Numbered from the whole stretch's first letter, positions 1-13,182 are shown. The stretch is 63,774 bases of DNA, filler included, from Pirum gemmata (GCA_002812295.1; 19 parts of 19 records of this genome joined end to end with filler, not necessarily neighbours in it); one strand, 5' to 3'. A program made the numbers and translations. Notes: generated by a model not told the origin, from the sequence alone.

Positions 1-246
1 TTATTATTATTATTACATCTTTTTATGTAGAATCTCCTAAATAAAAAAATAAAAAAATAAAAATAAAAATAAAAAAACTGAAAGAAAACACAGCCACCTG
101 AACTCAGTTACTTAGTTAGGGGTTAGGATTAGGGGTTAGGATTAGGGGTTAGGGTTAGGGTCAGGTTGGGATTAAAATTTGTATTTTTTGTTGTAGAGTC
201 GACGTCGGACAATGTAAACCTATAGATACTATTATAAATCATTATA

Positions 247-427
247 GTGCTTTTCAGTTGCTTTGTCATCATAAATTATACAATAAATAGTACCAAATTA
301 AAGCAATATAAATCCATTTAATTTAATTAGGTATATTTTATTATCTATTTGTTCATTTAAAAATGCCAATTTAAATATTATAACCAACCAAATAAATATT
401 CAGAGTGACAAAATAAATGAAAAGCAC
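247..427 (+). mobile_element. MITE family A (about 180 bp, TIR GTGCTTTTCA...TGAAAAGCAC)
   Basis: Perfect 10-bp TIR extending imperfectly to about 22 bp (GTGCTTTTCAnTTnTTTTGTCA); this copy is flanked by TA on both sides. Other copies: 2014-2200, 2240-2427, 33791-33969, 34921-35103, 59534-59694 (+); 46780-46960, 52276-52435, 55477-55671 (-); partial near 4266-4350, 23391-23525, 50898-50975. Confidence 0.85.
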
Positions 428-1034
428 TATATTATTTTTGTTATAATATGACACCGACCTGGTAGACATGTTATAGTATACAAGGATTAGTTAGTGAAAG
501 GAAACTGATGATAACTAAAGTATAACTGAAAGTATAACTAATCATAGTTATGCAATCAATATTCTTTATTATTATTATTAAAAATATATTACAGTATTGA
601 TTATTTTTACTGATTATTTTTTACAATTTATAAATTTACTTAAGCAGAATAGCCAATGACATTTTTTTTATGTTATTTTTTATTATTATTATTTTTATAC
701 GATAGAGTATGATACAATTATTTTTTTTTTAAAAAAATTATTTTTAATTAACCTCTGCAAAAAGAAAAGTTAGTTAATAAATAAATGTTTTTTTAAAAAG
801 CTGTATATAATGCCATTTATTAAAAAATAATTAGTAATACTAATTTATAACTCCTGTAATAACTCCAACAACTCCAAAGACTCCAAGAGTAATAAACCAA
901 GGTTAAAAAACATTGATTTTTAACAAGAACATCAATTATTGACACTGTGTTTCTGTTATAACTGAGTCATACAATCTCAACTACAATCTCAAAAATCCGA
1001 CAAATCACGAAATTTTCCAATTTTTTTAAAAAAA

Positions 1035-1230
1035 AAATGAAAGTGCTATCAATTTAGTAAGTACACTTTAGTACCAAAGTTTGGGAAATTACCTAACTAA
1101 GAAAACTCTATTATAAACCAATTACCAGTTTTTTAAAATAATTAGTTAGCACAAGGAGTTGAACTCCTTGGATTTTTCGAAAAGAAGGGAGTCGAATATA
1201 AAAAACGATTTCTACAGTTTTATCCAGCTT
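1035..1230 (+). repeat. Dispersed repeat family M
   Basis: Colinear with 12281-12490 and with the interrupted copy at 1620-1920 (TACCAAA.TTTGAGAAAT...TAAAATAATT...GTTAGCA...CTACAGTTTTATCC). Confidence 0.7.
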
Positions 1231-1382
1231 GGCTGTATTAAAAAAATAAAAAAAAAGTTACCGTGATATTATTATGAAAAATAGCGATGCAGTCTTTGGG
1301 CCTCATACAGTCATACTTAAGCTCATACTTACATAATTTCATAGATCCCAGCCCAGACCTAGCTACTATCTGATACTAGCTA

Positions 1383-1549
1383 GGGAACATTCAAAAAGGA
1401 CGTCACTTATTCTTTGATGGAAGTCATTGCTCGAAAGTGTGACTTTAACTGTTTTAGGCAGTAATTAATTATTAAAATGAACTTGAAAATTATGACCAAA
1501 AGTCAAAGGCATAGGTAAGATTAAGTGATATCCTTTTTCAATGATTCCC
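1383..1549 (+). mobile_element. PIF/Harbinger-like MITE (TIR GGGAACATTCAAAAAGG)
   Basis: Imperfect 17-bp TIR (right end CCTTTTTCAATGATTCCC); near-duplicate at 1700-1870. Confidence 0.65.
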
Positions 1550-1699
1550 TACTAGCTACTAGTAGAGCCAAGGTAGAGCTCAAAAATCCAAATAAATCTC
1601 AAAATGATACAAATAAAAGTAATACCAAATTTTGAGAAATCGTCTGACTAAGAAAACTATCAATTAAATTAAGAACTTTTAAAATAATTTGGCTAGTTA

Positions 1700-1870
1700 G
1701 AGAACATTCATAATAAAGGACGTCACTTATTCTTTGATGGAGGTCATTGCTCCAAAGTGTGACTTAAACTGTTTTGGGCAGTAATTAATTATTAAAATGA
1801 ACTTTAAAATTATGACCAAAAGTGTTTTGGACAAAAAGGCATAGGTAAGATATTAGGTGACGATAATTCC
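1700..1870 (+). mobile_element. Second copy of the Harbinger-like MITE, TTA TSD, nested in repeat family M
   Basis: TTA at 1697-1699 and 1871-1873; an empty site GGCTAGTTAGCA lies in the family M copy near 12366. Confidence 0.7.
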
Positions 1871-2521
1871 TTAGCATTTTATTAAAGGTTTTTAGAAATA
1901 AGTCTAAAGATTTACCCACAAATCGCCGGTTTTATATAGAAACTGACTCTACAGACTAGTCTACATAATATAAAATAACATAATATGCTATGATAACGTT
2001 TATCATAATTATCGTGCTTTTAATTATACGTTGTTTTGTCATCATAAATTATACAATAAATAGTACCAAATTAAAACAATATAAATCCATTTAATTTAAT
2101 TAGGCATATTTTATTATCTATTTGTTCATTTAAAAATGCCAATTTAAATATTATAACCAACCAAATAAATATTCGGAGTGACCAAATAAATGAAAAGCTC
2201 AATACATGTTTTTTGTTTTTTACCTCGTTGTTTTTTACAGTGCTTTTTCAGTTGTTTTGTTATTATAAAATTTTTAAATAAACAATAAATAGTATCAAAT
2301 TAATACAATATAAATCAATTTTATTTAGTTTGGTATCTTTTATAATCTATGTATTGATTTAAAAATGTCAATTTAAAGATTATAACCCTCCAAATAAATA
2401 TTCAGAGTGGCAAAATAAATGAAAAACAAAAAAAACAAGTCAAAAAATTCGTGAATACAAAAATTTGCCTCATGCCAACTGTGTCCAAACGGGCACCAAA
2501 GTTGTTCCAGCTTTTGCAATA

Positions 2522-2592
2522 CTAACCCAAACCCTAACCCTAACCCTACCCTAACCCTAACCCTAACCCTAACCCTAAACCCTACCCTAACC

Positions 2593-2633
<41 letters not shown>

Positions 2634-2638
2634 CCCTA
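2522..2638 (+). repeat. Interstitial telomere-type (CCCTAA)n array
   Basis: Similar arrays at 115-170, 5970-6039, 7478-7576, 15915-16018, 16295-16402, 21793-21885, 23937-24277, 27563-27870, 32130-32558, 39418-39456, 47633-47995, 48113-48210, 50413-50450, 58429-58546, 59301-59468, 63727-63774. Confidence 0.95.
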
Positions 2639-2772
2639 CAGCACACAATATGAAATCTAGTACTTTGGCCCCTCTCAATTTTTGATTTACTATGATATTA
2701 AGTGCAGGTGCTGGGCAATTTATAGTAACTTTTTTAAAAAAATTGACTAAGAGGGAAATTTAATGACGTCAA

Positions 2773-2872
2773 NNNNNNNNNNNNNNNNNNNNNNNNNNNN
2801 NNNNNNNNNNNNNNNNTTAATTAATTAANNNNNNNNNNNNNNNNNNNNNNNNNNNNNNNNNNNNNNNNNNNN
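2773..2872. other. Artificial scaffold-joining spacer, first of 18. Others start at 6040, 10000, 13232, 16519, 19780, 23043, 26330, 29600, 32847, 36104, 40422, 43709, 46994, 50798, 54058, 57343, 60524
   Basis: Identical 44N-TTAATTAATTAA-44N block (stops in all six frames) every 3.2-4.3 kb; genes and repeats are cut at these points. Confidence 0.97.
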
Positions 2873-3064
2873 TATTTTTTTTTTTTTGGAATTATTGCAA
2901 ATTTTCTATTATACTACTTTGGTTATTGGCTGCGCCTGGAAACTGGCTGGATGATTTCTATCATAATATTATGATACTATCAATATCAATATGATATGAT
3001 ATTATGATAGGTAGTAGTATAATAAAGACCACCCAGGTCTACCGTCGATAACTCTCTTGGGTTG

Positions 3065-3191
3065 CCCCCTCACCTTCTAACAGATTCTGACCCTATCAGA
3101 TGAAATGCTAACCTTTCCGATTACGATCTAAGCTATTAAAATCGAAATCTAGAAAAAGAGTATTTTCAAAAAAAGTGATGTCCTCCCTACT
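3065..3191 (+). repeat. Dispersed repeat E ending in GTGATGTCCTCCCTACT (AGTAGGG-type terminus)
   Basis: Reverse-complement homolog at about 8032-8140 (TTCTGACCCTATCAGATGAAA core). Confidence 0.6.
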
Positions 3192-3440
3192 TGCGGGTAG
3201 ATTTGGTTACTATGATAGCTAGTAGCTAGCTATCTCTAGCTATCATAGTAGTATCAATAGATCAATAGTACTTGGAGGTATGAATATGATATTATCATTA
3301 TCGATAATGTATATAATATGATATCGAAGACCACTTCGAAATAAAAAATTATATATATATCCAAAGGGGTAATTTTTAAAATAATTTTATTTTTTTCAAC
3401 ACCACTTCGATATTTCAACATCTGTTAGTTTATATCAAGA

Positions 3441-3615
3441 GAATTAAACCGAATTAAGCGAATTAAGCGAATTAAGCGACGAAACGTTAAAAGCGAATTA
3501 AGCGAATTAAGCGACGAAACGTTAAGCGAATTAAGCGAATTAAACGAATTTAGCGAATTAAGCGAATTAAGCGAATTAAGCGAATTAAGCGAATTTAGCG
3601 AAAGCGATTAAGCGA
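3441..3615 (+). repeat. 9-bp tandem repeat (GCGAATTAA)n
   Basis: Directly visible tandem units, with two GCGACGAAACGTTAA variants. Confidence 0.9.
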
Positions 3616-4034
3616 CTAATAACCACTTTTTAGCTATTATCATAATAATCATAATATCATAATATTATGATATTAATATCGATATCATACTATTATGATA
3701 TTATGATATCGATATCATAATATCATGATATTATGATATCGATATGATACTATCATATCATATCGATATGATAGCTAGCTAGTAGCTAGTAGTATAGCTA
3801 GCTAGCTAGTATAGCGTAGCTATCATAAATATCATAAGAGTATCATAAGTCTAGTTGCTAGCTAGTCTATGATAGTCTATCTGATAGCTTGGTATCGATA
3901 GCTATGATAGCTAGTCTATCAGCTAACTACCAGTAGCTAGTCGACCTACTCTACCAGCTCTAGCTAGAAACCAGTAGACCCAGCTAGACCAAAAGGGTCT
4001 AGCTAGTAGACTAGCTAGCTAGCTAGGGCCCTCA

Positions 4035-4195
4035 TCAAAAACTGAAATAAATTTAAAAATACCAAATTATTATTATCAGACATGTTTTAATTAATTTGGT
4101 ATTTTTTACTTAATGTTGTATTTTATAAACATAGTTCAATTATATACTTTAACAGTACCAAATTAAAGATTGAGAGGACAACTGTAATGAAATAG
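4035..4195 (+). repeat. Dispersed repeat family L
   Basis: Colinear with 56332-56487; reverse partial copy at about 7282-7380. Confidence 0.7.
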
Positions 4196-4799
4196 ACGAT
4201 AGACTACCCAGATAGACTTTTTTATTAATAACTTTTATGATCTACCATTTTTAAAATACTACGATTATTTATTTGGTTGTTTATAATATTTAAATTGATA
4301 CTTTAAAATAAATAAATATATAATAAAATATACCAAATTAAATGAAATGGACGTGGTATCGTAAGGGTATCGTAATATGAGTTGGAAATTATTATTATGA
4401 CTCTAATAATGTAGTAGTTAGTATGATTATTATTATATAGAAATTAAATGAGATATTAATTAATTATATTAAATATTAAATCAATATTAATATTATAATA
4501 TTATTATTATGTAACATATTAAACTTATGTACATGGATCATAACATATATATAACTTATAATTACCACTGTGATTTTATTGTGTGCTTCACTTATTAATA
4601 AATTTGTTATTAATATTAATACTCTGAATAATCATATTTGGTGGGTTAGAAGTTAGTTAACATTATTAATATAACATTAAATTGACATTTGAATTCGAAC
4701 TACACACATTTTCATGCATGATTATATATATTTTGTACGATATATTTATACAATTATATGAAAAAACAACTATAGCTATAATCTTATAATCTATAGCTA

Positions 4800-5710
<911 letters not shown>

Positions 5711-6973
5711 CACCTGTAATTATATATATTATCATATTACTGTATGACAATGACAAATTGACAAACTGACAATAATACAAATCATGATAAAAAAATACAA
5801 CTTCCAAAAAGGACCCATTTTTCCTTGGTTCTTGGTATAGCTTGGTATAGCGTCCTAGGCATAGACTAGCGTCGTATGGTTGTTACCTGAACTTACCTCT
5901 CAGTGTTACCTTTTTTGCCAGCCAGGTCGCTAGGGACCGTTCAGAAAGGACGTCAAGCAACAGTGCAGGTGTTAGGGTCTAGCTAGCTAGGTGTTAGGGT
6001 TAGGGTTAGGGTTGGGGTTAGGGTTAGGGTTAGGGTTAGNNNNNNNNNNNNNNNNNNNNNNNNNNNNNNNNNNNNNNNNNNNNTTAATTAATTAANNNNN
6101 NNNNNNNNNNNNNNNNNNNNNNNNNNNNNNNNNNNNNNNTAATAACAATAATAACAATGATAACAATAATAACAATATTAATAATAACAATAATAATTAA
6201 TAATATTAATAATATTAATAACAATTAATAATAACAATAATAATAATAATAATAACAATAACAACAATAATAACAATAATAACAATAATAACAATTAATA
6301 ATAACGTTAATTAACAATAATAACAATAATAGCAATATTAATAATAACAATAATGACAATAACAACAACAATAATATTTTAATAATACTAACAATAATAA
6401 CAATAACGCTAGCAATAATAAATTAATTATAAATATTTTTAATAATAATTTACAGTATTTGTTTGAATGTCAGTAATTATAAGATATAACTATGTATATT
6501 ATCCATTTTTTAAAAAGTAGGTTTGTGGGTAGCAATGGGCGGTAAGGTGAAAGAGGTCTTCAACTTTTGGTTCTGTAAACTAAAAAAAAAAAAAAAAAAA
6601 ATACAATTTTAAATTTAACGCTGATGATTGTAAATTGTTGTATTATCATATAGGTTATTGATAATATTACTATATAGATGGCGATGACATCGAGATAGTC
6701 TAGCTAGTATTTTGTTGTTGTTCTTGTTATTGCTCGGATTGTGGTGGTGATTGATGTTTTAATGTTAATGTTATTCATGGTGTTGGTGTTGCTAACGTTG
6801 ATGATGGTTACTGTTGTTGCTGTTGTTGCTGTTGTTGCTGTTGTTGTTGTTAGTTAGTTATATTTGTTATAATACTTTTGTTTTTTTGCTATAAAGACAG
6901 ACCCCTTCAAGTATACATGGTATACGAAACCTACACAAAAAAGTATGATATTTTTTTAATACAGACTTTTGGG

Positions 6974-7137
6974 AGTAGGGGTGAGATGACGTCATTTTAT
7001 TATTACCAAACTTTTCCGATTTATGTTTATTACTATTAATGTTAACATTATTACTTTAATTGGTAACTACTATAATTAAATTTACTATTTTAAGCTATTT
7101 AACTGCTATTATTAGTAAGAAAACGGAACTAAGGTTG
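6974..7137 (-). mobile_element. MITE family B, partial copy
   Basis: AGTAGGGGTGAGATGACGTCA terminus; reverse homolog of 49333-49566. Confidence 0.75.
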
Positions 7138-7741
7138 GGAGGGATGACATAGTTGATGACATCCCTTTTGGCAGAAATTTGGAGATAGGTTACAAAAGGA
7201 ATTGAGATGGCAAAAAATTATTACTTAAAATAGATATTTATATCCTTAAAATAGTAGTTTACTATATTAAGTATTACCTATTTCAATACAGTTGTTCTCT
7301 CAGTCTTTAATTTTCAGTGCTGTTTACAAACTTGTTTATAAAATAGGGTCTACAACAAGTTAATTAAAACATGTCTGATAGCTTAACCTAACCATAATAT
7401 CATAATAATTATTTGGTATGATTATTCTGGAATCTGGACAACACCTGATATTCTGGGCCTAACCAGCCTAACCACTGCCTAACCCTAACCCTAACCCTAA
7501 CCCTAACCCTAACCCTAACCCTAACCCTAACCCTAACCCTAATAACCCTAACCCTAATAACCCTAACCCTAACCCTGGTCCCTGGACAACACTGTTGAAA
7601 ATCATGATCTATATATAGAAGTTTGATCATTATTTAGCCAAAAATCCTGATCCGAAGCAACACTTCGCTTTATATATATATAGTATCAAATAAGCTATAA
7701 ATAGAAAGCATCCTATTTAATCTCCATTTTAGGAATTAGTC

Positions 7742-7965
7742 AGTAGGGAGATGTGGGAAAAACCATCGAATCGAGACTGGTTCGAAACTTTCGAAACTTT
7801 TCGATCTAATTTCAAATATTGACTCACTTTTGAAAATTCTAAAAAAATTCTTAGAAGCTTCATAGAAAAAACTTGAAACTCGAAAAAAAAGGAATATCAT
7901 TTCAAAATTGTCACTGTTTAATAATTAGAATCGAGCTGTTTGATTCGATTATGTTTTCCCGTACT
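7742..7965 (+). mobile_element. MITE family D (TIR AGTAGGGAGAT.CGGGAAAA)
   Basis: Colinear with 48422-48657 (+) and 62277-62487 (-). Confidence 0.8.
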
Positions 7966-8392
7966 TGATAGCAGGGTTCTAACAGGGTTAGACTCTAGCT
8001 AGCTAGCTAGCGATTGTTAGGCATTTATCAATGACGTCACTCTTTTGAATATTCTTTTTCGAGATTTTCATTTTAATGGCTTTGATCGGAATCTGTAAGC
8101 ATAGAATTTTCATCTGATAGGGTCAGAAGTTGGGGAGGGTCAGGTGGATATGATGACGTCATTAATGAATGTTCCATTAGCAAAGAATATTATTATGACA
8201 TCATTTTATGAATATATGACATTATTATGATTATTTTTTACGTAGCATTATTTAATGACGTCAAATATCGAACCGCGTGGGGTTTTATGAGGGGAGTACC
8301 GTGGAGTCAAAACTTACATTTCTTATCAAAAGTTGCTATCATAATTTCAACAAAATACAAAAAACCTCATTATCAATCAATAATAATAATAA

Positions 8393-8434
<42 letters not shown>

Positions 8435-8530
8435 TTTTGAATAATTGAATTTCGATATAAATTTACTTTTAATAATATTGTTAATTTGGTGTGTATTTAT
8501 TTATTACTTGTCCAAAACAAAGTAGCCATC

Positions 8531-8594
8531 ATGCCAAAAGTAAAAGGTGCTAAAAAACATCAACAAGAACGAACGGGTCCTGTTCGTACCCAAG
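8531..8594 (+). CDS. First coding exon MPKVKGAKKHQQERTGPVRTQG; possibly 18S rRNA dimethyladenosine transferase (DIM1/DIMT1-like N-terminus)
   Basis: GCCATCATG start context and AAG|GTTTGT donor followed by a microsatellite-rich intron. The basic MPKVK N-terminus resembles DIMT1, but the diagnostic GQHIL exon is absent from the scaffold. Confidence 0.45.
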
Positions 8595-8884
8595 GTTTGT
8601 TTATTTTGTTTTGTTTTGTTTTTCTTTTTTCCTTTTGTTTGTTTTATGTTGTTTGTGTTGTTTATGTTGTTTGTTTGTTTGTTTGTTTGTTGTTATTTAG
8701 TTTGTTAGGTTTTATTTATTATTTATTATTTGCTTGTTTGTTGTTTTGTTTGTTTGTTTGTTTGTTTGTTTGTTTGTTTGTTTGTTTTTATTTATTTATT
8801 TATTTATTTATTTGGTTTGTTTATTTGTTTTTCTGTTTTTGTTTGTTAAATCTATTTTAAAGTTGTTGATTATTATTATTTTAG

Positions 8885-8923
<39 letters not shown>

Positions 8924-9028
8924 TACATTTGATTTAAAATTTATCATTATTATTATTATCATTATTATTATTATTGCTGCTATTGTAGTTATTATTGTTA
9001 TTGTTATTGTCATCTAATTGAAAGTTTC

Positions 9029-9060
<32 letters not shown>

Positions 9061-9316
9061 AGTTCAATTTTTCGTTGTATGTTGTTGTTGTTGTTGTTGT
9101 GTACGGTGTACGGTGTTTTATTTGTTTGTTTCTTGTTAGTGAGTTTGTTTTGCTTGTTTGTTTTATTAGAGTAAATTATTAGTATTGTTTATTTCGGTAT
9201 TATCATTACCATTATTGTTTATCAATATCAATATCATTATTATTATTTAATTGTTCATTATTAATAATATATCCAAAAAAAACACAATAATTAAAATAAT
9301 AATGATAATAATAATN

Positions 9317-9555
9317 GGGTTATAGGGTTATAGGGTTATAGGGTTATAGGGTTATAGGGTTATAGGGTTATAGGGTTATAGGGTTATAGGGTTATAGGGT
9401 TATAGGGTTATAGGTTTATAGGGTTATAGGGTTATAGGTTTATAGGGTTATAGGGTTATAGGTTTATAAGGTCATGGGGTTATGGGGATATAGGATTATA
9501 GGGTTATACGCCTATAGGGTTATAGGGTTGTAGGGTTGCAGGGTTATAGGGTTAT
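9317..9555 (+). repeat. 8-bp telomere-variant array (GGGTTATA)n
   Basis: Long tandem run degenerating towards the 3' end. Confidence 0.92.
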
Positions 9556-10600
9556 CAAGTTAGGGATTGGTTAGGGTCAGATATACCAAAAGTAAATCAA
9601 TAAAAGTAAAAGAGGAAGAAAAGTTAATAAATAAAAATTGAGTAAGTTCGACTTTGAGGTTGTGCAATAATACAATACATTCGTATTGTTATTTTATTGT
9701 TATTATTGTTATTACTGTTATTAATGTATATTATTATTTTTGCCATTGTTTTTATTGTTGTTATTGTTTTTATAGTTGTTATAGGTGTTATTGTTGTTAT
9801 TGTTGTTATTGTTGTTATTGTTATTATTATTTTTATTATTGTCATTATTGTTACCGTTGTTACCGTTGTTACCGTTGTTATTGTTGTTATGGCTGTTACG
9901 GTTGTTATTGTTGTTGTTATTGTTGTTATTGTTGTTATTCTTGTTATCGTTTTTATAGTTGTTATTCTTGTTATTGTTGTTATTGTTGTTATTGTTGTTN
10001 NNNNNNNNNNNNNNNNNNNNNNNNNNNNNNNNNNNNNNNNNNNTTAATTAATTAANNNNNNNNNNNNNNNNNNNNNNNNNNNNNNNNNNNNNNNNNNNNT
10101 TTTTTTTTTTTTTTTTTTTTAAATATCATGGGTTCGCTTGAAAAAAAAATAATGAAATAACGGGCTTTTCGATAAAACATAAAATGACATCATAGTCACC
10201 TCTGAGTAATAGAGTTGAAGGAGTTTTTTGTAGTAGAAGATACTTATCTGATAGTGGCCGTGGAATATTCCTGAATTTTCGAAAAAAAAAACCAGATGTG
10301 ACTTGTGAGTCGTGACAGCTGTGAGAAGTTGAGAAACTGAGAAAAAAAAAACCAGTCTATGTCATATCAGAAAAAAATCAGAAAAAACTTTACTAGCTAG
10401 CTAGTAGTATACAGCGGGTCTATATTATTATTTTATTATATTATGGTATCGAAATCTGATTATAGTATTTTAAACTTCAAGTTACACTTTCAAGTTTCAA
10501 GTTTCTAATCATTATTAAATTTTCAATTATAATATATTAATGATATATTATTTTCCTGATGATATTATAAGGTATATAATCAATGCCACTTATAATCAGT

Positions 10601-10960
10601 ATCACACGACTCGCAACATATATACATGTACACTTTTGATTATTAATAAATAATACACTATTATTGAATATGTAGTATATCACATCCATAATTAACATAC
10701 TATTACTATAATATTATATATTATATATGTAAATCCAAAATATTGCGACTGTTGATTAATAGGGTTTATCTACAAATTTTATTCTGCGATAATCAAAATG
10801 AAGATATATATATATTCATTATAATTAGAATGCAAAGAAAATGTAATTCCAGATTAATATCACACGACTCGCAACATACACTTTTGATTATTAATAAATA
10901 ATACACTGTTATTGAATATATAGTATATTAATAATACATCCATAATCAACATTCTATTAT
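10601..10960 (+). repeat. Local direct duplication (about 100 bp; 10601-10705 vs 10858-10960)
   Basis: ATCACACGACTCGCAACATA...CACTTTTGATTATTAATAAATAATACACT occurs twice; a second pair lies at about 10996-11060 / 11104-11170. Confidence 0.8.
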
Positions 10961-11865
10961 ATTATTTCTTCATGCACCGAACAATACTTTTAAAAGAAAA
11001 ATAAGTGACATATTCAGTTCAAAGTGAATATTAAACCAAGAAAGCATCTATATGACATTGTATATTAGAAATACTCGTAAATCAAAAGAAAAATAATTAA
11101 TTAAGAAACATAATTATTCAGTTCAAAGTGAATATTAATTAATAAACCAAAAAGCATCTGACATAATGTATTGTTGTGGTCGTACGTATTATTAAGTACC
11201 AGTACTCGTATATCAGGATCACTATTATCATATTCTTCATCCAAACAATATAATAATTATTATGACCTAATAAGTCAGTCAAATTAAATAAACTTGAAAT
11301 AATGTAATAAGAATTATACAAGATATTATATTATCGTTGATCATGTTTAATGCTCATAAATCCAATTAATAGTATGATAATTAATTATAAGAACCATAAG
11401 ATATTATGCATTAATTAAATCCTCATAAATCCAGTTAATAATACAATAGACAACACTATTGGAAAACACGATATATATTGTATATTATATTGTACATAAT
11501 ATATTATACGTTTTTATATTGTTGTTGTATTAATAGGTTTTAATGAAACACAAGATGATCAGAATCATCGGAATCATCAATCATATCAGAATCATACTAG
11601 CAGAATCATGTAACATAATATGATATAATAAAGAAAATAAATGATCTTTATTTTTTTAGGTTTGCAAAGCAAAAACATGATATTATAATATTATTAATTA
11701 AAATGACATCGATAGGCTCGACTAATAATAAGCTCTTGGGTCTCTACCTAGCTAGCTAGCTAGCTAGTAGTAGCTAGCTAGACAGGCTAGAAAAACACAA
11801 TTGAAAAACACGATATATATTTGTGACCTCTAGCCAGTATTTCAACTGTATTTGTGAAGTATTTG

Positions 11866-11975
11866 AGTAGGGGTGAGATATCTACTGGAACTTTTTTCGA
11901 ACAGATGCTTATCGAGCCAACCTTAGTTCCGTGTTCCTTACTAATAATAGCAGTTAAATAGCTTAAAATAGTATA
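11866..11975 (+). mobile_element. MITE family B, 5' part (cut by gap)
   Basis: Nearly identical to the start of 49333-49566. Confidence 0.8.
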
Positions 11976-12152
11976 NNNNNNNNNNNNNNNNNNNNNNNNN
12001 NNNNNNNNNNNNNNNNNNNNNNNNNNNNNNNNNNNNNNNNNNNNNNNNNNNNNNNNNNNNNNNNNNNNNNNNNNNNNNNNNNNNNNNNNNNNNNNNNNNN
12101 NNNNNNNNNNNNNNNNNNNNNNNNNNNNNNNNNNNNNNNNNNNNNNNNNNNN

Positions 12153-12185
<33 letters not shown>

Positions 12186-13182
12186 TATTTGTAAACGATA
12201 TTTAATGATGATAGGATGGATAGGATAGCCTACAAAAATTCTGTACAAAAATTCAAAAAATATCAAAATGATTCAATTATAATGAAAGTACTACCAAAAT
12301 TTGAGAAATTTTCTGGCTAAGGAAAAATCTATTATGAACCAATGGCTAGTTTTTAAAAATAATTTGGCTAGTTAGCAACTTTGCATTTTAAAGGGGGTTT
12401 TTTTTTTTTTTCAGAAAAGAAGTCTAAAAAAAAAAAAAAAGATTTCTAGAGACCCACAGGCAGCTATTTCTACTACAGTTTTATCCGCTGGAATATTATC
12501 CAAATCCTGTATCTGAATACACTGTATCAGATAGTCTACCCGTCTACTAGCACTGTCTGGACTTTCTAGCTATCGATAGCTACTTCTACTAGCTAGCTAG
12601 ACTATCGATAGAGACTACCCGGTACAGTCGGCCCAGAGTCGGTACGGTACAGTAGTCTAAATCGTCAAAAATGCTCTCAAAAAACACTCAAAAAACAGTG
12701 ATGAAAACAGTGATGCTATCGATACTACTAGCTAGCTAGCTGCTAGCTAGCTGCTAGCTATCGATAGCTAGTAGAGACTACTAACTAGCCTTATTTAATT
12801 AATATTATGATAGACTACTAGTAGTATAAACACAGTCTATAGACACCCCAACTCTCTATGCGTAGTAGCTACTATGAATCTATGATAGCTAGCTCGAAAG
12901 TAGCTGCAAGTCACTGACCGCAGTGGCCACTCACTGGCCAATAGAAGACCACCTAAAAAAAATTGCCTCGGAAAAAAATTGCAAAAAAAGGTTTTTTTTT
13001 ATTCATTTTTGTGTGAAATTAACCATTCACAAGTTGCCAACTCAGTTTTGGGTAGTTATCGGATACATGAGTCGCTACATGAGTCGCTACATGAGTCGGC
13101 CATATAATACATTTGGCTATGTACAATTGTACTGTACAATAGTGTACAATTGTATCATACAAGCTAGTAGGGACTCGTAGTA

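Noticed and set aside
2817..2828. Regularly spaced TTAATTAATTAA as a biological repeat or CRISPR-like array
   Set aside because: Always centred in exactly 88 Ns; it is an assembly linker
6521..6575. Possible small exon (GLWVAMGGKVKRGLQLLV)
   Set aside because: Plausible AG/GT ends but too short, with no phase-consistent neighbour or recognisable motif
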